NCBI GenBank assembly: GCA_963716665.1
Contig: CAVQTY010000006.1
Location: forward strand, 2,036 to 66,035
Length of the DNA: 64,000 bases
Source of the DNA: Ilumatobacteraceae bacterium
Lineage (GTDB): Bacteria; Actinomycetota; Acidimicrobiia; Acidimicrobiales; Ilumatobacteraceae
Direction: 5' to 3'
The notes beneath the pieces were generated by a model that saw nothing but the letters and a program-made list of their open reading frames with translations, ran no database searches and had not been told where the DNA came from. This document shows, piece after piece, positions 10,124 to 19,161 of this stretch (position 1 is its first letter; each line of letters opens with the position of its first letter). Both the position numbers and the translations under genes were made by a program.

Positions 10124-11522
10124 ATGTCATCCCACCGTGAAGCGCCGGAGATCTCCAAGGACCCCTGCGCCGACAGCACCGACACCTATGCGTTCCTCAG
10201 CACGCACCCCGACGAGGCCGGCACGGTCACGCTGATCACCAACTACATCCCCGCCCAGGCTCCTGCCGGCGGCCCGAACTTCTACGAGTTCGGCGAGGAC
10301 GTGGTCTACCGCATCAACGTCGACAACAACGGCGACGGCTGGCCCGACGTGATGTTCGAGTTCACGTTCCCGACCGAGTCGCGCACCTCCAGCTTCCTCT
10401 ACAACACCGGGCCGATCGAATCGCTCGACAGCGACAACCTGAACCGCCGCCAGTTCGCCAACGTCACCGAGGTGCGCGGCATCGACCGCACCGTGCTCGG
10501 CGAGCAGCTGCTGCTGCCGCCGTGCAACGTCGGGCCACGCTCGACGCCGAACTACGCCGACCTGGCGGCTGCGGCGATGTACGACCTCGGCGACGGCGTC
10601 CGCTTCTTCGCCGGCCAGCGTCTCGACGGCTTCTACGTCGACCTCGGGTCGGTGTTCGACCTCGGCGCCCTGCGGCCGTTCCAGAACCTCCACCTGATCC
10701 CCCTGCCGGCGAATCCGACGCCGGCGAACGACGGGTTCAACTCGCTGCGGGCCACCAACGTGCACACGATCGCCATCCAGGTGCCGATCGAGCGACTCAC
10801 CGCTGACGGCACCGCGCCGACCGACCGCATGGCGGCGTCCTCGGTGATCGGCGTGTGGGCCTCGGCGCACCGTCAGAAGGGGCGCTTCAGCGACGAGACC
10901 ACGACGACCACGTCGGGCCCGTACACGCAGGTGTCGCGGCTGGGCAACCCGCTCGTCAACGAGGTGCTCATCCCCATCGACGTCAAGGACACGTGGAACA
11001 AGACCCGGCCGGCCGACGACGCGCAGTTCCGCCAGTACCTCGCCAGGCCCGAGCTCGCCGACGTTGCTGCCGGTGCTGTACCCGGACGTCTTCCCCAACC
11101 TCGCCGCCCTCGACGCCGACCGCGCCGACATCCTGGCGATCCTCCACACCGGCGTCCCTGCCGGGCTGATCCCTGACTTCCAGAACTTCACCGGAACGAC
11201 CGAGGCCGACATGCTGCGGCTCAACGTGGCGATCCCGCCCAACCCCGCCCCGAACATCAACGGCGTGCTCGCCCTCGACTTCGCCGGCTTCCCGAACGGG
11301 CGCCGGGTGCAGGACAACGTCGTCGCCATCGAGCTGCGCGCCGTCGCCGGGGCCACCTACCCCCTCGTCGACAACACGTACACCCCCGACGCCGCCGCCG
11401 GGGCGATCTTCGACCTCGTCGACACCCAGATCCCGTGGAACGTCAGCTACCTCGATCGGTTCCCGTACCTCGACCTGCCGGTCAGCGGGTTCGACGTCGT
11501 GGCGCCGTCGGTCGCCAGCTGA
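10124..11522 (+). CDS. DUF4331 domain protein (frameshift near 11060)
   Basis: MSSHREAP...DSTDTYAF, FAGQRLDGFYVDLG, QVSRLGNPLVNE, AGFPNGRR, FPYL family motifs. Confidence 0.88.
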
Positions 11523-11530
11523 TCTGCGCG

Positions 11531-11881
11531 ATGAGCGGTCACCACCATCACCCCCACGATGACGGGCATCGCGAGCACCACGCCGGCTCCGTCGGCGTTG
11601 GCGCTCCGGTGCTCGACATCGGCGGCGACATCGGTGCCCTCGTGGCGACGATGGACCACACCGCGGCCGGCACCGAACTGTTCGTCCGGCCCGTCCACGA
11701 CCCGACCACGACGGTGCACACGGGCGTGTGGGAACGCGACCACGACGGGCATCACCTCACCGCCGCAGTGTTCGTCGAGTTGCGCGAGGGCACCTACGAC
11801 ATCCTCGACGGCGATGGTCGCGCCGTGGACACGGTCGCGATCCGCGGCGGTGAGGTCGCCGAGATCGATCTGCGCCATTGA
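11531..11881 (+). CDS. Hypothetical protein with His-rich N-terminus
   Basis: MSGHHHHPHDDGHREHH...VLDIGGDIGALV...HTGVWER; operonic with DUF4331. Confidence 0.75.
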   Translation: MSGHHHHPHDDGHREHHAGSVGVGAPVLDIGGDIGALVATMDHTAAGTELFVRPVHDPTTTVHTGVWERDHDGHHLTAAVFVELREGTYDILDGDGRAVDTVAIRGGEVAEIDLRH

Positions 11882-11910
11882 TTGAGCACCCTGGGTAGGC
11901 GCGCGACGCT

Positions 11911-12309
11911 GTGGCGATGGACGCGATCGACACTGTCCGCCGCTACGCCGAGGCATGGAAGGCAAACGATCTCGACGCCGTGTTCGGTCTGTACCACGAT
12001 GACTTCGTGCTGCACTACTTCGGGGAGAACCCGCTGGCCGGGGAGCACGTTGGTAAAGACGCAGCGATCAGAGTGCTCGTCGAGGCGACACGACGATCCG
12101 GACGGCAACTCGACGAGATCGAGGACGTTCTAGGCGGGCGTCGATTCGCCGCGATCATCGCTCGTGAGCTGTTGGGCAGCACGGAGCCGAGAGTCGTGCG
12201 GCGGGTGTTCGTCTACACCGTGCGCGACGGCCAGCTCGCCGAGTGCTGGTTGTACGACGAGGACCAGCGATTCGTCGACACGTTGTGGAGCACCCCGCCG
12301 TCGACGTGA
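11911..12309 (+). CDS. SnoaL-like/NTF2 family protein
   Basis: VRRYAEAWKANDLDAVFGLYHDD, NPLAGEHVGK, VYTVRDGQLAECW. Confidence 0.85.
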   Translation: MAMDAIDTVRRYAEAWKANDLDAVFGLYHDDFVLHYFGENPLAGEHVGKDAAIRVLVEATRRSGRQLDEIEDVLGGRRFAAIIARELLGSTEPRVVRRVFVYTVRDGQLAECWLYDEDQRFVDTLWSTPPST

Positions 12310-12312
12310 CTT

Positions 12313-12349
12313 GTAGGGAACCTTACGCTCTGTTGTAAGGTCGCCCTAA
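12313..12349. promoter_or_regulatory. Putative DtxR/IdeR iron boxes
   Basis: TAAGGTCGCCCTAA (12336-12349) matches TTAGGTTAGCCTAA at 10/14; GTAGGGAACCTTAC (12313-12326) is a weaker copy. Both lie upstream of an iron-siderophore SBP. Confidence 0.55.
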
Positions 12350-12359
12350 GGAACCTTCG

Positions 12360-13294
12360 CCGCTTTGCGCTGCCCGCCACGATCAGCATCACCGTCGCTT
12401 CGATGGCCGGGTCCGGCCTGGTGTCGGCGTCGACCGACACCACCACGCCGGACTCGACGGCGCCGGCCGAGGCCGGAGAGGGGGCGTACCCGGTGACGAT
12501 CGCCCACAAGTACGGCGAGACCACCGTCGAGGAGTTCCCCGAGCGCACCGCCGTCGTCGGGTTGCTCGAACAGGACGCCCTGCTCGCCCTCGGCGTCGTC
12601 CCCGTTGGCGACGACGGAATGGTTCGGGCGGGCACCCCGGCGCCGTGTGGCCGTGGGCCGCGGACGAGCTCGAGGCGCTCGGCGCCGAGCGTCCGGCATC
12701 GCTGGGCGGGTCGGCGGAGATCAACTTCGAGAGCATCGCCGCCCAGGACTGACCCCGACCTCATCCTCGCCCTCTACTCCGGGCTCACCGACCAGGACTA
12801 CGAGTTGCTCTCGGCGATCGCCCCGACGATCGCCCAGCCGGGCGAGTACATCGACTTCGGCATCCCCTGGGAGGAACTGACCCGCACGGTCGGCCAAGTC
12901 GTCGGTAAGGCGGCCGAAGCCGACGCCCTCGTCGCCGACGTCAAGGCCGGGTTCGCCGTCGCCCAGGAAGCGCATTCCGAGTTCGTCGGCGCCACGTCGG
13001 TGATGGCGACGCCGTACGAAGGCGTGTGGGTGTACGGCCCTGAGGACGTGCGCGGCCGCTTCCTCACCGATCTCGGGTTCGAACTGTCGACCAAGCGCCG
13101 GGCACCTACACATCCCTGGCCGTCCACCAAGAGGGACGCGAGGTGTTCGTCGACAGCTTCAACTCGACGCTCGGCGGGGCCACCTCGTTCGTGACCGTGC
13201 TCAGCCTGCCGTACCTCCTCGAAGGCATCACGCCGATGCTGGCAGCAGCGATCGACGGCGACACGGAGACGCCGGTGCCCACCGCCGCCGAGTG
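12360..13294 (+). pseudogene. Iron-siderophore ABC substrate-binding protein, disrupted
   Basis: YPVTIAHKYGETTVEEFPER, EQDALLALGVVPV, PDLILALYSG, TVLSLPYLLE. Several frameshifts, an apparent 4-bp duplication near 12750 and an apparent internal deletion near 13085. Confidence 0.75.
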
Positions 13295-13325
13295 ATTGAC
13301 TGCCGTGGCATGATGTCACGGCAAA

Positions 13326-13342
13326 TGTCTAGACAACTTCCG
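13326..13342. promoter_or_regulatory. GntR(HutC/DasR)-type operator, copy 1
   Basis: TGTCTAGACAACTTCCG; an identical inverted copy lies at 18357-18373. Confidence 0.75.
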
Positions 13343-13345
13343 GAC

Positions 13346-14122
13346 GTGACGGGACGGCTCGCCGGCCGAACCTGCGTGGTCACCGGGGCCACCGGGATGG
13401 CCGGCGCCGCAGCACGCCGGTTCGCCGACGAGGGCGCCGAGGTGTTCGTCATCTCGATCGACGCCGCCGCCAACGCCGATCCCGCAAACTCGGCGGTCGC
13501 CGACCTCAGCGACGAGGCCGCCACGGTTGGCGCCTTTGCCGCAGCGCGCGCCAGGCTCGGTCGCCTCGACGCCCTGTTCGCCGTCGCCGGCGGGAGCGGC
13601 CGTCGCTTCGGCGACGGGGCCTTACACGACGTCAGCCTCACGGGTTGGGACGCCACGATGGCGCTCAACGCGACGACCACGTTCCTCGCCACCCGGGAGG
13701 CGCTGCGCTGGATGATCGACCAGGCGCCGGACGCCGACGGCCAGCGCGGCTCGATCGTACTGATGTCCAGCGTCACCGCCTTCGACCCCTCGCCGCATTG
13801 GTTCGCCACCCACGCCTACGCCGCGGCGAAGGCCGCGGTCACCGGGCTGATGCGCACGGCGGCGGCCTACTACGCCGATCACGGCATCCGCGTCAACGCC
13901 CTCGCCCCGGCCACCGTCGACACCCCGATGGCCGCCCGCGCCGCAGCCGACGAGGCGACCGTCGATCACCTCAAGCGCAAGCAACCGTTCGCCGGCGGGC
14001 TGATCGACCCCGACGACGTCGCCGCCGCGGCGCTGTTCCTGTGCAGCCGCGAGAGCCGGATGATCACCGGCCAGACGCTGCAGGTCGACGCCGGCTGGAG
14101 TGTCCGGGGTGACGAGCGATGA
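13346..14122 (+). CDS. SDR family NAD(P)-dependent oxidoreductase
   Basis: VVTGATGMAG, YAAAK catalytic motif, GIRVNALAP, ITGQTLQVDAG. Confidence 0.92.
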   Translation: MTGRLAGRTCVVTGATGMAGAAARRFADEGAEVFVISIDAAANADPANSAVADLSDEAATVGAFAAARARLGRLDALFAVAGGSGRRFGDGALHDVSLTGWDATMALNATTTFLATREALRWMIDQAPDADGQRGSIVLMSSVTAFDPSPHWFATHAYAAAKAAVTGLMRTAAAYYADHGIRVNALAPATVDTPMAARAAADEATVDHLKRKQPFAGGLIDPDDVAAAALFLCSRESRMITGQTLQVDAGWSVRGDER

Positions 14123-15129
14123 GAACGACGGTGATCGGCAGCTATCCGCTGCCCGGTTGGTTGCTCTTCGCCATCGACCACCTCGACGAGTTCGGCTCGG
14201 CCGATCGTGCCGAACTCCAGGACGACGCCGTCGTCGCCGCCATCCACGACCAGGTCGCCTCCGGCCTCGACGTGATCACCGACGGCGAGCAGACCCGCCT
14301 CGACTTCAACCTCTCCTTCTACGGCTTCATCTCCGGCATCGAGTTGGAGAACGCCCCGCCACGGCGCTTCGGTCCGCCAGCCCACGACCAGCGCGGCCGC
14401 CATCAGATCACCGGCGAGCTCGCCGCCCCCGACGGGCTTGGTGTCGTCGGGGAGTTCGAGCGGCTGCGCCGGCTGGCACCGCCCGGGCCGACACTGAAGG
14501 CCAGCGTGCCCGGGCCGTACACGATGAGTGGACGGCTCGTTCCCAACGCCGACTACCGGGATCGCTGGGCGGTGACGGAGGCGCTGTTGCCGATCGTCCA
14601 GGCCGAACTCGTCGCCGTCGCCGACGCGGGCTGCACGGAGATCACCGTCGACGAGCCGTCGATGAGCTGCTACGCCCACCGCGAGGACCCTGAACGATTC
14701 GTCGACATCTTCAACCGCACCGTCGCCCCCGTCGTCGGGCGTGGACGACTGTCGACGCACTTGTGCTTCGGCAACTTCCACGGCCACGCCGTCGGGCCGC
14801 GTCGATACGGACCGATGTTTCCGGCCTTCAACGCGATGACGGTCGACGAGATCCATGTCGAAATGGCCAGCCGCGAGCTCGCCGAACTCGACGTCATCGC
14901 CACGATCGCCGAGCACCACGACGTCGCTGTCGGCATCGTCGACGTGAAGAGCTACTTCATCGAGCCGCCCGAGCTGATCGCCGAGCGCGTGCGCGAGTGC
15001 CTCAAGCACGCGTCGCCCGAGCGTCTCTCGTTCGCGCCCGATTGCGGACTGTCGCAGACGGCGCGGTGGGCCGCCAAGCAGAAGCTCGCCAACATGGTTG
15101 CCGGCGTCGAGCAAGTGCGCGGCGGATGA
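14119..15129 (+). CDS. Cobalamin-independent methionine synthase II-like protein (single catalytic domain, MetE C-terminal fold)
   Basis: TTVIGSYPLP, GLDVITDGEQTR, Zn ligands THLCFGN / HVEMA / APDCGL; 336 aa, lacking the N-terminal MetE barrel. Confidence 0.9.
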   Translation: MRTTVIGSYPLPGWLLFAIDHLDEFGSADRAELQDDAVVAAIHDQVASGLDVITDGEQTRLDFNLSFYGFISGIELENAPPRRFGPPAHDQRGRHQITGELAAPDGLGVVGEFERLRRLAPPGPTLKASVPGPYTMSGRLVPNADYRDRWAVTEALLPIVQAELVAVADAGCTEITVDEPSMSCYAHREDPERFVDIFNRTVAPVVGRGRLSTHLCFGNFHGHAVGPRRYGPMFPAFNAMTVDEIHVEMASRELAELDVIATIAEHHDVAVGIVDVKSYFIEPPELIAERVRECLKHASPERLSFAPDCGLSQTARWAAKQKLANMVAGVEQVRGG

Positions 15130-16016
15130 CAACCAGCCTGATCGAACCGCATCAGCGTGACGACGAGCTGCTCGCCGACATCGCCGCCGGGCGGGCCAGC
15201 GGCGATGACCACCTGCGGCTGTGGTGGCTCGGCCAGGCCGGGTTCCTCGTGCAGCAGGCCGGCCACCACCTCCTTCTCGACCCGTACCTGTCCGACTCAC
15301 TGACGGCGAAGTACGCCGAGACCGACAAACCGCACGTCCGCCTCACCGCCCGGGTCGTCGATCCGGCGGCGCTCGACATGATCGACGTCGTCACGTCGAG
15401 CCACAACCACACCGACCATCTCGACCACGAGACGTTGTGGCCACTCCTCGCCGCCAACCCGGCGATGACCCTGGTGATCCCCGAGGCCAACCGGGCGTTC
15501 GTCGCCGAACGGCTGAAGACCGACCCGGACTGGTCACTCGGGCTCACCCACGGCGAGTCGCTGGTCGCCGGCGGGTTCCGCATCACCGCCCTCGCCGTCG
15601 CCCACGAGCAGCTCGACACGGACGAGCTCGGCCGTCACCACCACCTCGGCTACCTCGTCGCCGCCGGGCCGTTTCTCCTCTTCCACTCCGGCGACGCCGT
15701 GCCCTATGACGGGATGGCCGACGAGCTGCTCCGCCTCGCCGATGGCCGACGCATCGACGTCGCCATGCTGCCGATCAACGGCCGGCTGCCCGAGCGTCGG
15801 GTGCCAGGAAACTTCTGGGGCGACGAGGCGGCGACGTTCGCCCACACCGTCGGCGCCCGCCTCGTCGTGCCGATGCACTACGACATGTTCGCCTTCAACA
15901 CCGAGACGCCGGACCTGTTCGTCTCGACCGCCGACGCCATCGGCCAGCCGTACCGCCTGCTGCGCTGCGGCGAGTTGCTCGATATTCCGTGCTTCCGAAA
16001 GGACCCATCGCCATGA
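15126..16016 (+). CDS. MBL-fold metallo-hydrolase (UlaG-like)
   Basis: WWLGQAGF, SHNHTDHLD, FHSGD, LPING, VPMHYDMF. Confidence 0.9.
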   Translation: MTTSLIEPHQRDDELLADIAAGRASGDDHLRLWWLGQAGFLVQQAGHHLLLDPYLSDSLTAKYAETDKPHVRLTARVVDPAALDMIDVVTSSHNHTDHLDHETLWPLLAANPAMTLVIPEANRAFVAERLKTDPDWSLGLTHGESLVAGGFRITALAVAHEQLDTDELGRHHHLGYLVAAGPFLLFHSGDAVPYDGMADELLRLADGRRIDVAMLPINGRLPERRVPGNFWGDEAATFAHTVGARLVVPMHYDMFAFNTETPDLFVSTADAIGQPYRLLRCGELLDIPCFRKDPSP

Positions 16017-16717
16017 CCGTCACTGAAACGCTCACCGTCGAGACGATCACCGAACGACAGATCGCCAAGACGATCGACCACTCGTTGCTCAAGCCGGAGC
16101 TGACCGTCGCCGACGTCCTCGCCGGGTGCGAGATCGCCGCCACTTACGACGTCGCCTCGGTGTGCTGCCGCCCGATCGACGTCGAGCGCTGCCGCGACAC
16201 GCTGGCCGGCACGGACGTGTTCGTCGGCACGGTGATCGGCTTCCCGCATGGTTCGAACCTCACGGCGACGAAGGTGTTCGAGGCCGAGCGGGCGATCGAG
16301 CAGGGCGCCGTCGAACTCGACATGGTGCTGCAGATCGGGCTGCTGCGGTCGGGCCTCGTCGACGCCGTCCACGACGACATCGCCGCCGTCGTCGCCGCCG
16401 CAGGCGACGCGGCGATCGTCAAGGTGATCCTCGAGAACGTCTTCCTCACCGACGACGAGAAGGTCACCGGCTGCCGGACTGCCGAGGCGGCCGGCGCCGC
16501 CTACGTGAAGACGTCGACGGGCTACGCGTCCGGTGGGGCGACGCTCGACGACCTCCGGCTGATGCGCTCGACGGTGTCGCCGCACATCAAAGTCAAGGCG
16601 GCCGGCGGCGTGCGCACACTCGATGCCCTGATCGACTGCATCAACGCCGGCATCGATCGCTGCGGCGCCACGGCGACGGCGGCGATCATCGACGATCTGC
16701 GCGCCCGCCAGGCTTGA
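16013..16717 (+). CDS. deoC: Deoxyribose-phosphate aldolase
   Basis: IDHSLLKP, VIGFPHG, KVILE, VKTSTG, VKAAGGVR. Confidence 0.93.
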   Translation: MTVTETLTVETITERQIAKTIDHSLLKPELTVADVLAGCEIAATYDVASVCCRPIDVERCRDTLAGTDVFVGTVIGFPHGSNLTATKVFEAERAIEQGAVELDMVLQIGLLRSGLVDAVHDDIAAVVAAAGDAAIVKVILENVFLTDDEKVTGCRTAEAAGAAYVKTSTGYASGGATLDDLRLMRSTVSPHIKVKAAGGVRTLDALIDCINAGIDRCGATATAAIIDDLRARQA

Positions 16718-16724
16718 TCTGACG

Positions 16725-17621
16725 ATGGCGGGGCGCTGGCTGGGACTCGATCTCGGCGGTACGAACATCAAGTCGGTGGTGCTCGACGATGATCGCGTCG
16801 TCGGGTGCGATCAGCGTGCCGCCGACGCCGAACGCGGTCCAACCACGGTGATCGCCAACCTCGCTGCCGCCGGCATCGAAGCGATCGAGCGGTGGGGGCC
16901 GGTCGACGGCGCGGCGGTCGGCGTTCCTGGGCTCTTCGACGACCGCACTGGAACGATCGAGTTCCTCCCGAACCTCCCGGGATCATGGAAGGGCGAGCCG
17001 ATGACCGCCCCGCTGGAAGTCGCGCTGGGTGTGCCGACAGCGATCATCAATGACGCTCGGGCGTTCACGCTCGCCGAGTCGCGCCTCGGCGCTGCCGCCG
17101 GCTGCCGCACCGTCGCCGCACTCGTGCTCGGTACGGGAATCGGCGGCGGGGTCGTCGTCGGTGGCCGGCTGCACTTCGGCCGGATGGGTCGGGCCGGCGA
17201 GCTCGCCCATCAGGTGATCGTGCCCGACGGGCCGAAGTGCGGGTGCGGCAACCATGGTTGTCTCGAAGCGCTGGCCTCCTCCGCCGCGATCACCCGTCTC
17301 GCCGGGTCAGCGACGGTGCACGAGGCCTTCGCCGCCGCCGCAGCGGGCGACGAGCGTGCCGCGGCCGCCTTGGCCGAAGTCGCCGACTACCTCGGCATCG
17401 CCATCGCCAATCTCGTCACCGTCCTTGTCCCCGAGCGCGTCGTCATCGGCGGCGGTGTTGCCGAGGCCGGCGACGCCCTGCTCACGCTTGTGCGCGAGGC
17501 GACGGCGCGGCACTGCGTCCTCGTCCCGCCCGACTGGTACGAGATCGTGCTCGCCAAGCTCGGCCCGCACGCCGGGGCGATCGGCGCCGCCCTCTGGGCG
17601 ATGGACTCATCGCCGGCGTGA
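16725..17621 (+). CDS. ROK family sugar kinase
   Basis: GLDLGGTNIK, NDAR, LGTGIGGG, AGELAH, CGCGNHGCLE; no HTH domain. Confidence 0.93.
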   Translation: MAGRWLGLDLGGTNIKSVVLDDDRVVGCDQRAADAERGPTTVIANLAAAGIEAIERWGPVDGAAVGVPGLFDDRTGTIEFLPNLPGSWKGEPMTAPLEVALGVPTAIINDARAFTLAESRLGAAAGCRTVAALVLGTGIGGGVVVGGRLHFGRMGRAGELAHQVIVPDGPKCGCGNHGCLEALASSAAITRLAGSATVHEAFAAAAAGDERAAAALAEVADYLGIAIANLVTVLVPERVVIGGGVAEAGDALLTLVREATARHCVLVPPDWYEIVLAKLGPHAGAIGAALWAMDSSPA

Positions 17622-18347
17622 TCACGCCGGGTGCGTGTGCACCACGTCGATGACGTAGCGGCCAGCGACGTAGCGCGACTCGGTGCGTTCGAACGGGCGG
17701 CCGTGCTGGTCGAACAGCAGGCGCAATTCGACGAGCAGCGCTGTGCGCGGGGCGACCTCGAGCAGCCGCGACTCGGCGCGGGTGGCCAGCCTGGCGGTGA
17801 CCGACCCCGTCGCCGATGTCGCCACCACGCCGAGGCGACCGAGCCCGTCGTGCAGCGAGCCGCCCTCGAGGTCGGCATCGAGCACGGCCCTGTGCTCGGC
17901 GACGACGGCGGCGTCCTCGAAGGCGATCGGCACGCCGTCGGCGAGACGAACCCGCTCCACCCGCACGACGGCGGCACCGTCGTCGAGACCGAGATCGGCG
18001 ATCTCCTCCGGCCGCGCCGCATCGAGGCGCGCCGATACCAACCGCGACGACGCCTTCATGCCGCGCCGGGCCATCTCCTCGGTGAACGAGAGGAACACGC
18101 CCGGCCGGCGGTGCATCGGCCGCACGGCGACGAACGTCCCCCTGCCGCGCTGGCGGTCGACGAGGCCGGCGGCAGACAGCTCCTGCACCGCCTGGCGCAC
18201 CGTCATCCGGCTGACGTTGAACCGGGCGCACAGCTCGGCCTCGGTCGGCAAGGCGTCGCCCGGCGAGCCGGCGGCGATCAGCCCGCGGAGATGCTTCTCG
18301 ATGTCGCGGTAGCGGGCGCTCTTCGTTGACGTGCCGACGGGCGTGAC
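17622..18347 (-). CDS. GntR family (HutC/UTRA) transcriptional regulator; start uncertain
   Basis: LPTEAELCARFNVSRMTVRQA...RGRGTFV HTH followed by a UTRA domain. Confidence 0.9.
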   Translation of the reverse strand, partial: VTPVGTSTKSARYRDIEKHLRGLIAAGSPGDALPTEAELCARFNVSRMTVRQAVQELSAAGLVDRQRGRGTFVAVRPMHRRPGVFLSFTEEMARRGMKASSRLVSARLDAARPEEIADLGLDDGAAVVRVERVRLADGVPIAFEDAAVVAEHRAVLDADLEGGSLHDGLGRLGVVATSATGSVTARLATRAESRLLEVAPRTALLVELRLLFDQHGRPFERTESRYVAGRYVIDVVHTHPA

Positions 18348-18353
18348 TGTACG

Positions 18354-19154
18354 TTGCGGAAGTTGTCTAGACAAAGTGTCAGCGGGCGGTGGATCAACGC
18401 GGCGATCGAGCTCCTCGATCGGCTGTGGACCACGCAGGAAGCAGCCATCGCCGAGGCCGTGGCGCTGTGCGCCGAGGCGATCGGCACGGGCGGCCTCGTC
18501 CACCTCTTCGGCACCGGGCACAGCCGCATCCCCGTCGAGGAGATGTTCCCCCGCTACGGCTCCTACCCCGGCTTCCACCCGATCGTCGAGCTCTCGACGA
18601 CGTTCCACACCCAGGTCGTCGGCGCCAACGGCCAGCGTCAGGCGATGTTCATCGAGCGCGTCGAGGGACTGGCCGAGGTGATCCTGTCCAACTTCAAGCT
18701 GGCCCCGCCCGACGCGATGATCGTGTTCAGCGCCGGCGGCCACGGCGCCAACGGCATCGAGATGGCCGCCGGCGCCCGCCAGCGTGGCCTCCCGGTGATC
18801 GCCGTCACCTCGCTCGCCCAGTCCAACGCCGTCCCACCGTCACACTCGTCGGGGACGCGGTTGTACGACCACGCCGACGTCGTCATCGACCTCTGCACCC
18901 CGGCCGCCGACGCCCTCGTGACGATCGACGGGCTCGACAGCCCGGTCGGCCCGGGATCGACGATCGCGGCGATCGCCGTCGTCAACGAGATCAAGGTGCA
19001 GACGGCGGCCCGCCTCGTCGAGGGCGGCGTCATGCCGCCCGTGCTCACCAGCGCGTCCGTCGTCGGCGCCGAGCGATCCGCCGAGCTGTTCGACGCCGCC
19101 TACCGCGAGCACGCCCGGCGCGCCGCCTCCGTCCTCGCCGTCGGTGCGCCGTGA
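18354..19154 (+). CDS. SIS domain sugar-phosphate isomerase (true start probably near 18376)
   Basis: VHLFGTGHSRIPVEEMFPRYG, FSAGGHGANGIEMA, SPVGPGST. Confidence 0.88.
   Translation: MRKLSRQSVSGRWINAAIELLDRLWTTQEAAIAEAVALCAEAIGTGGLVHLFGTGHSRIPVEEMFPRYGSYPGFHPIVELSTTFHTQVVGANGQRQAMFIERVEGLAEVILSNFKLAPPDAMIVFSAGGHGANGIEMAAGARQRGLPVIAVTSLAQSNAVPPSHSSGTRLYDHADVVIDLCTPAADALVTIDGLDSPVGPGSTIAAIAVVNEIKVQTAARLVEGGVMPPVLTSASVVGAERSAELFDAAYREHARRAASVLAVGAP
18357..18373. promoter_or_regulatory. GntR(HutC/DasR)-type operator, copy 2
   Basis: CGGAAGTTGTCTAGACA between the divergent gntR and SIS genes. Confidence 0.75.
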
Positions 19155-19161
19155 GGGGCGA

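Noticed and set aside
12745-12756. In-frame TGA in the iron SBP as possible selenocysteine or readthrough
   Set aside because: The frame also shifts at this point; a 4-bp duplication explains it better.
14119-15129. Calling this gene metE
   Set aside because: It has only the C-terminal catalytic domain and no methionine-pathway context.
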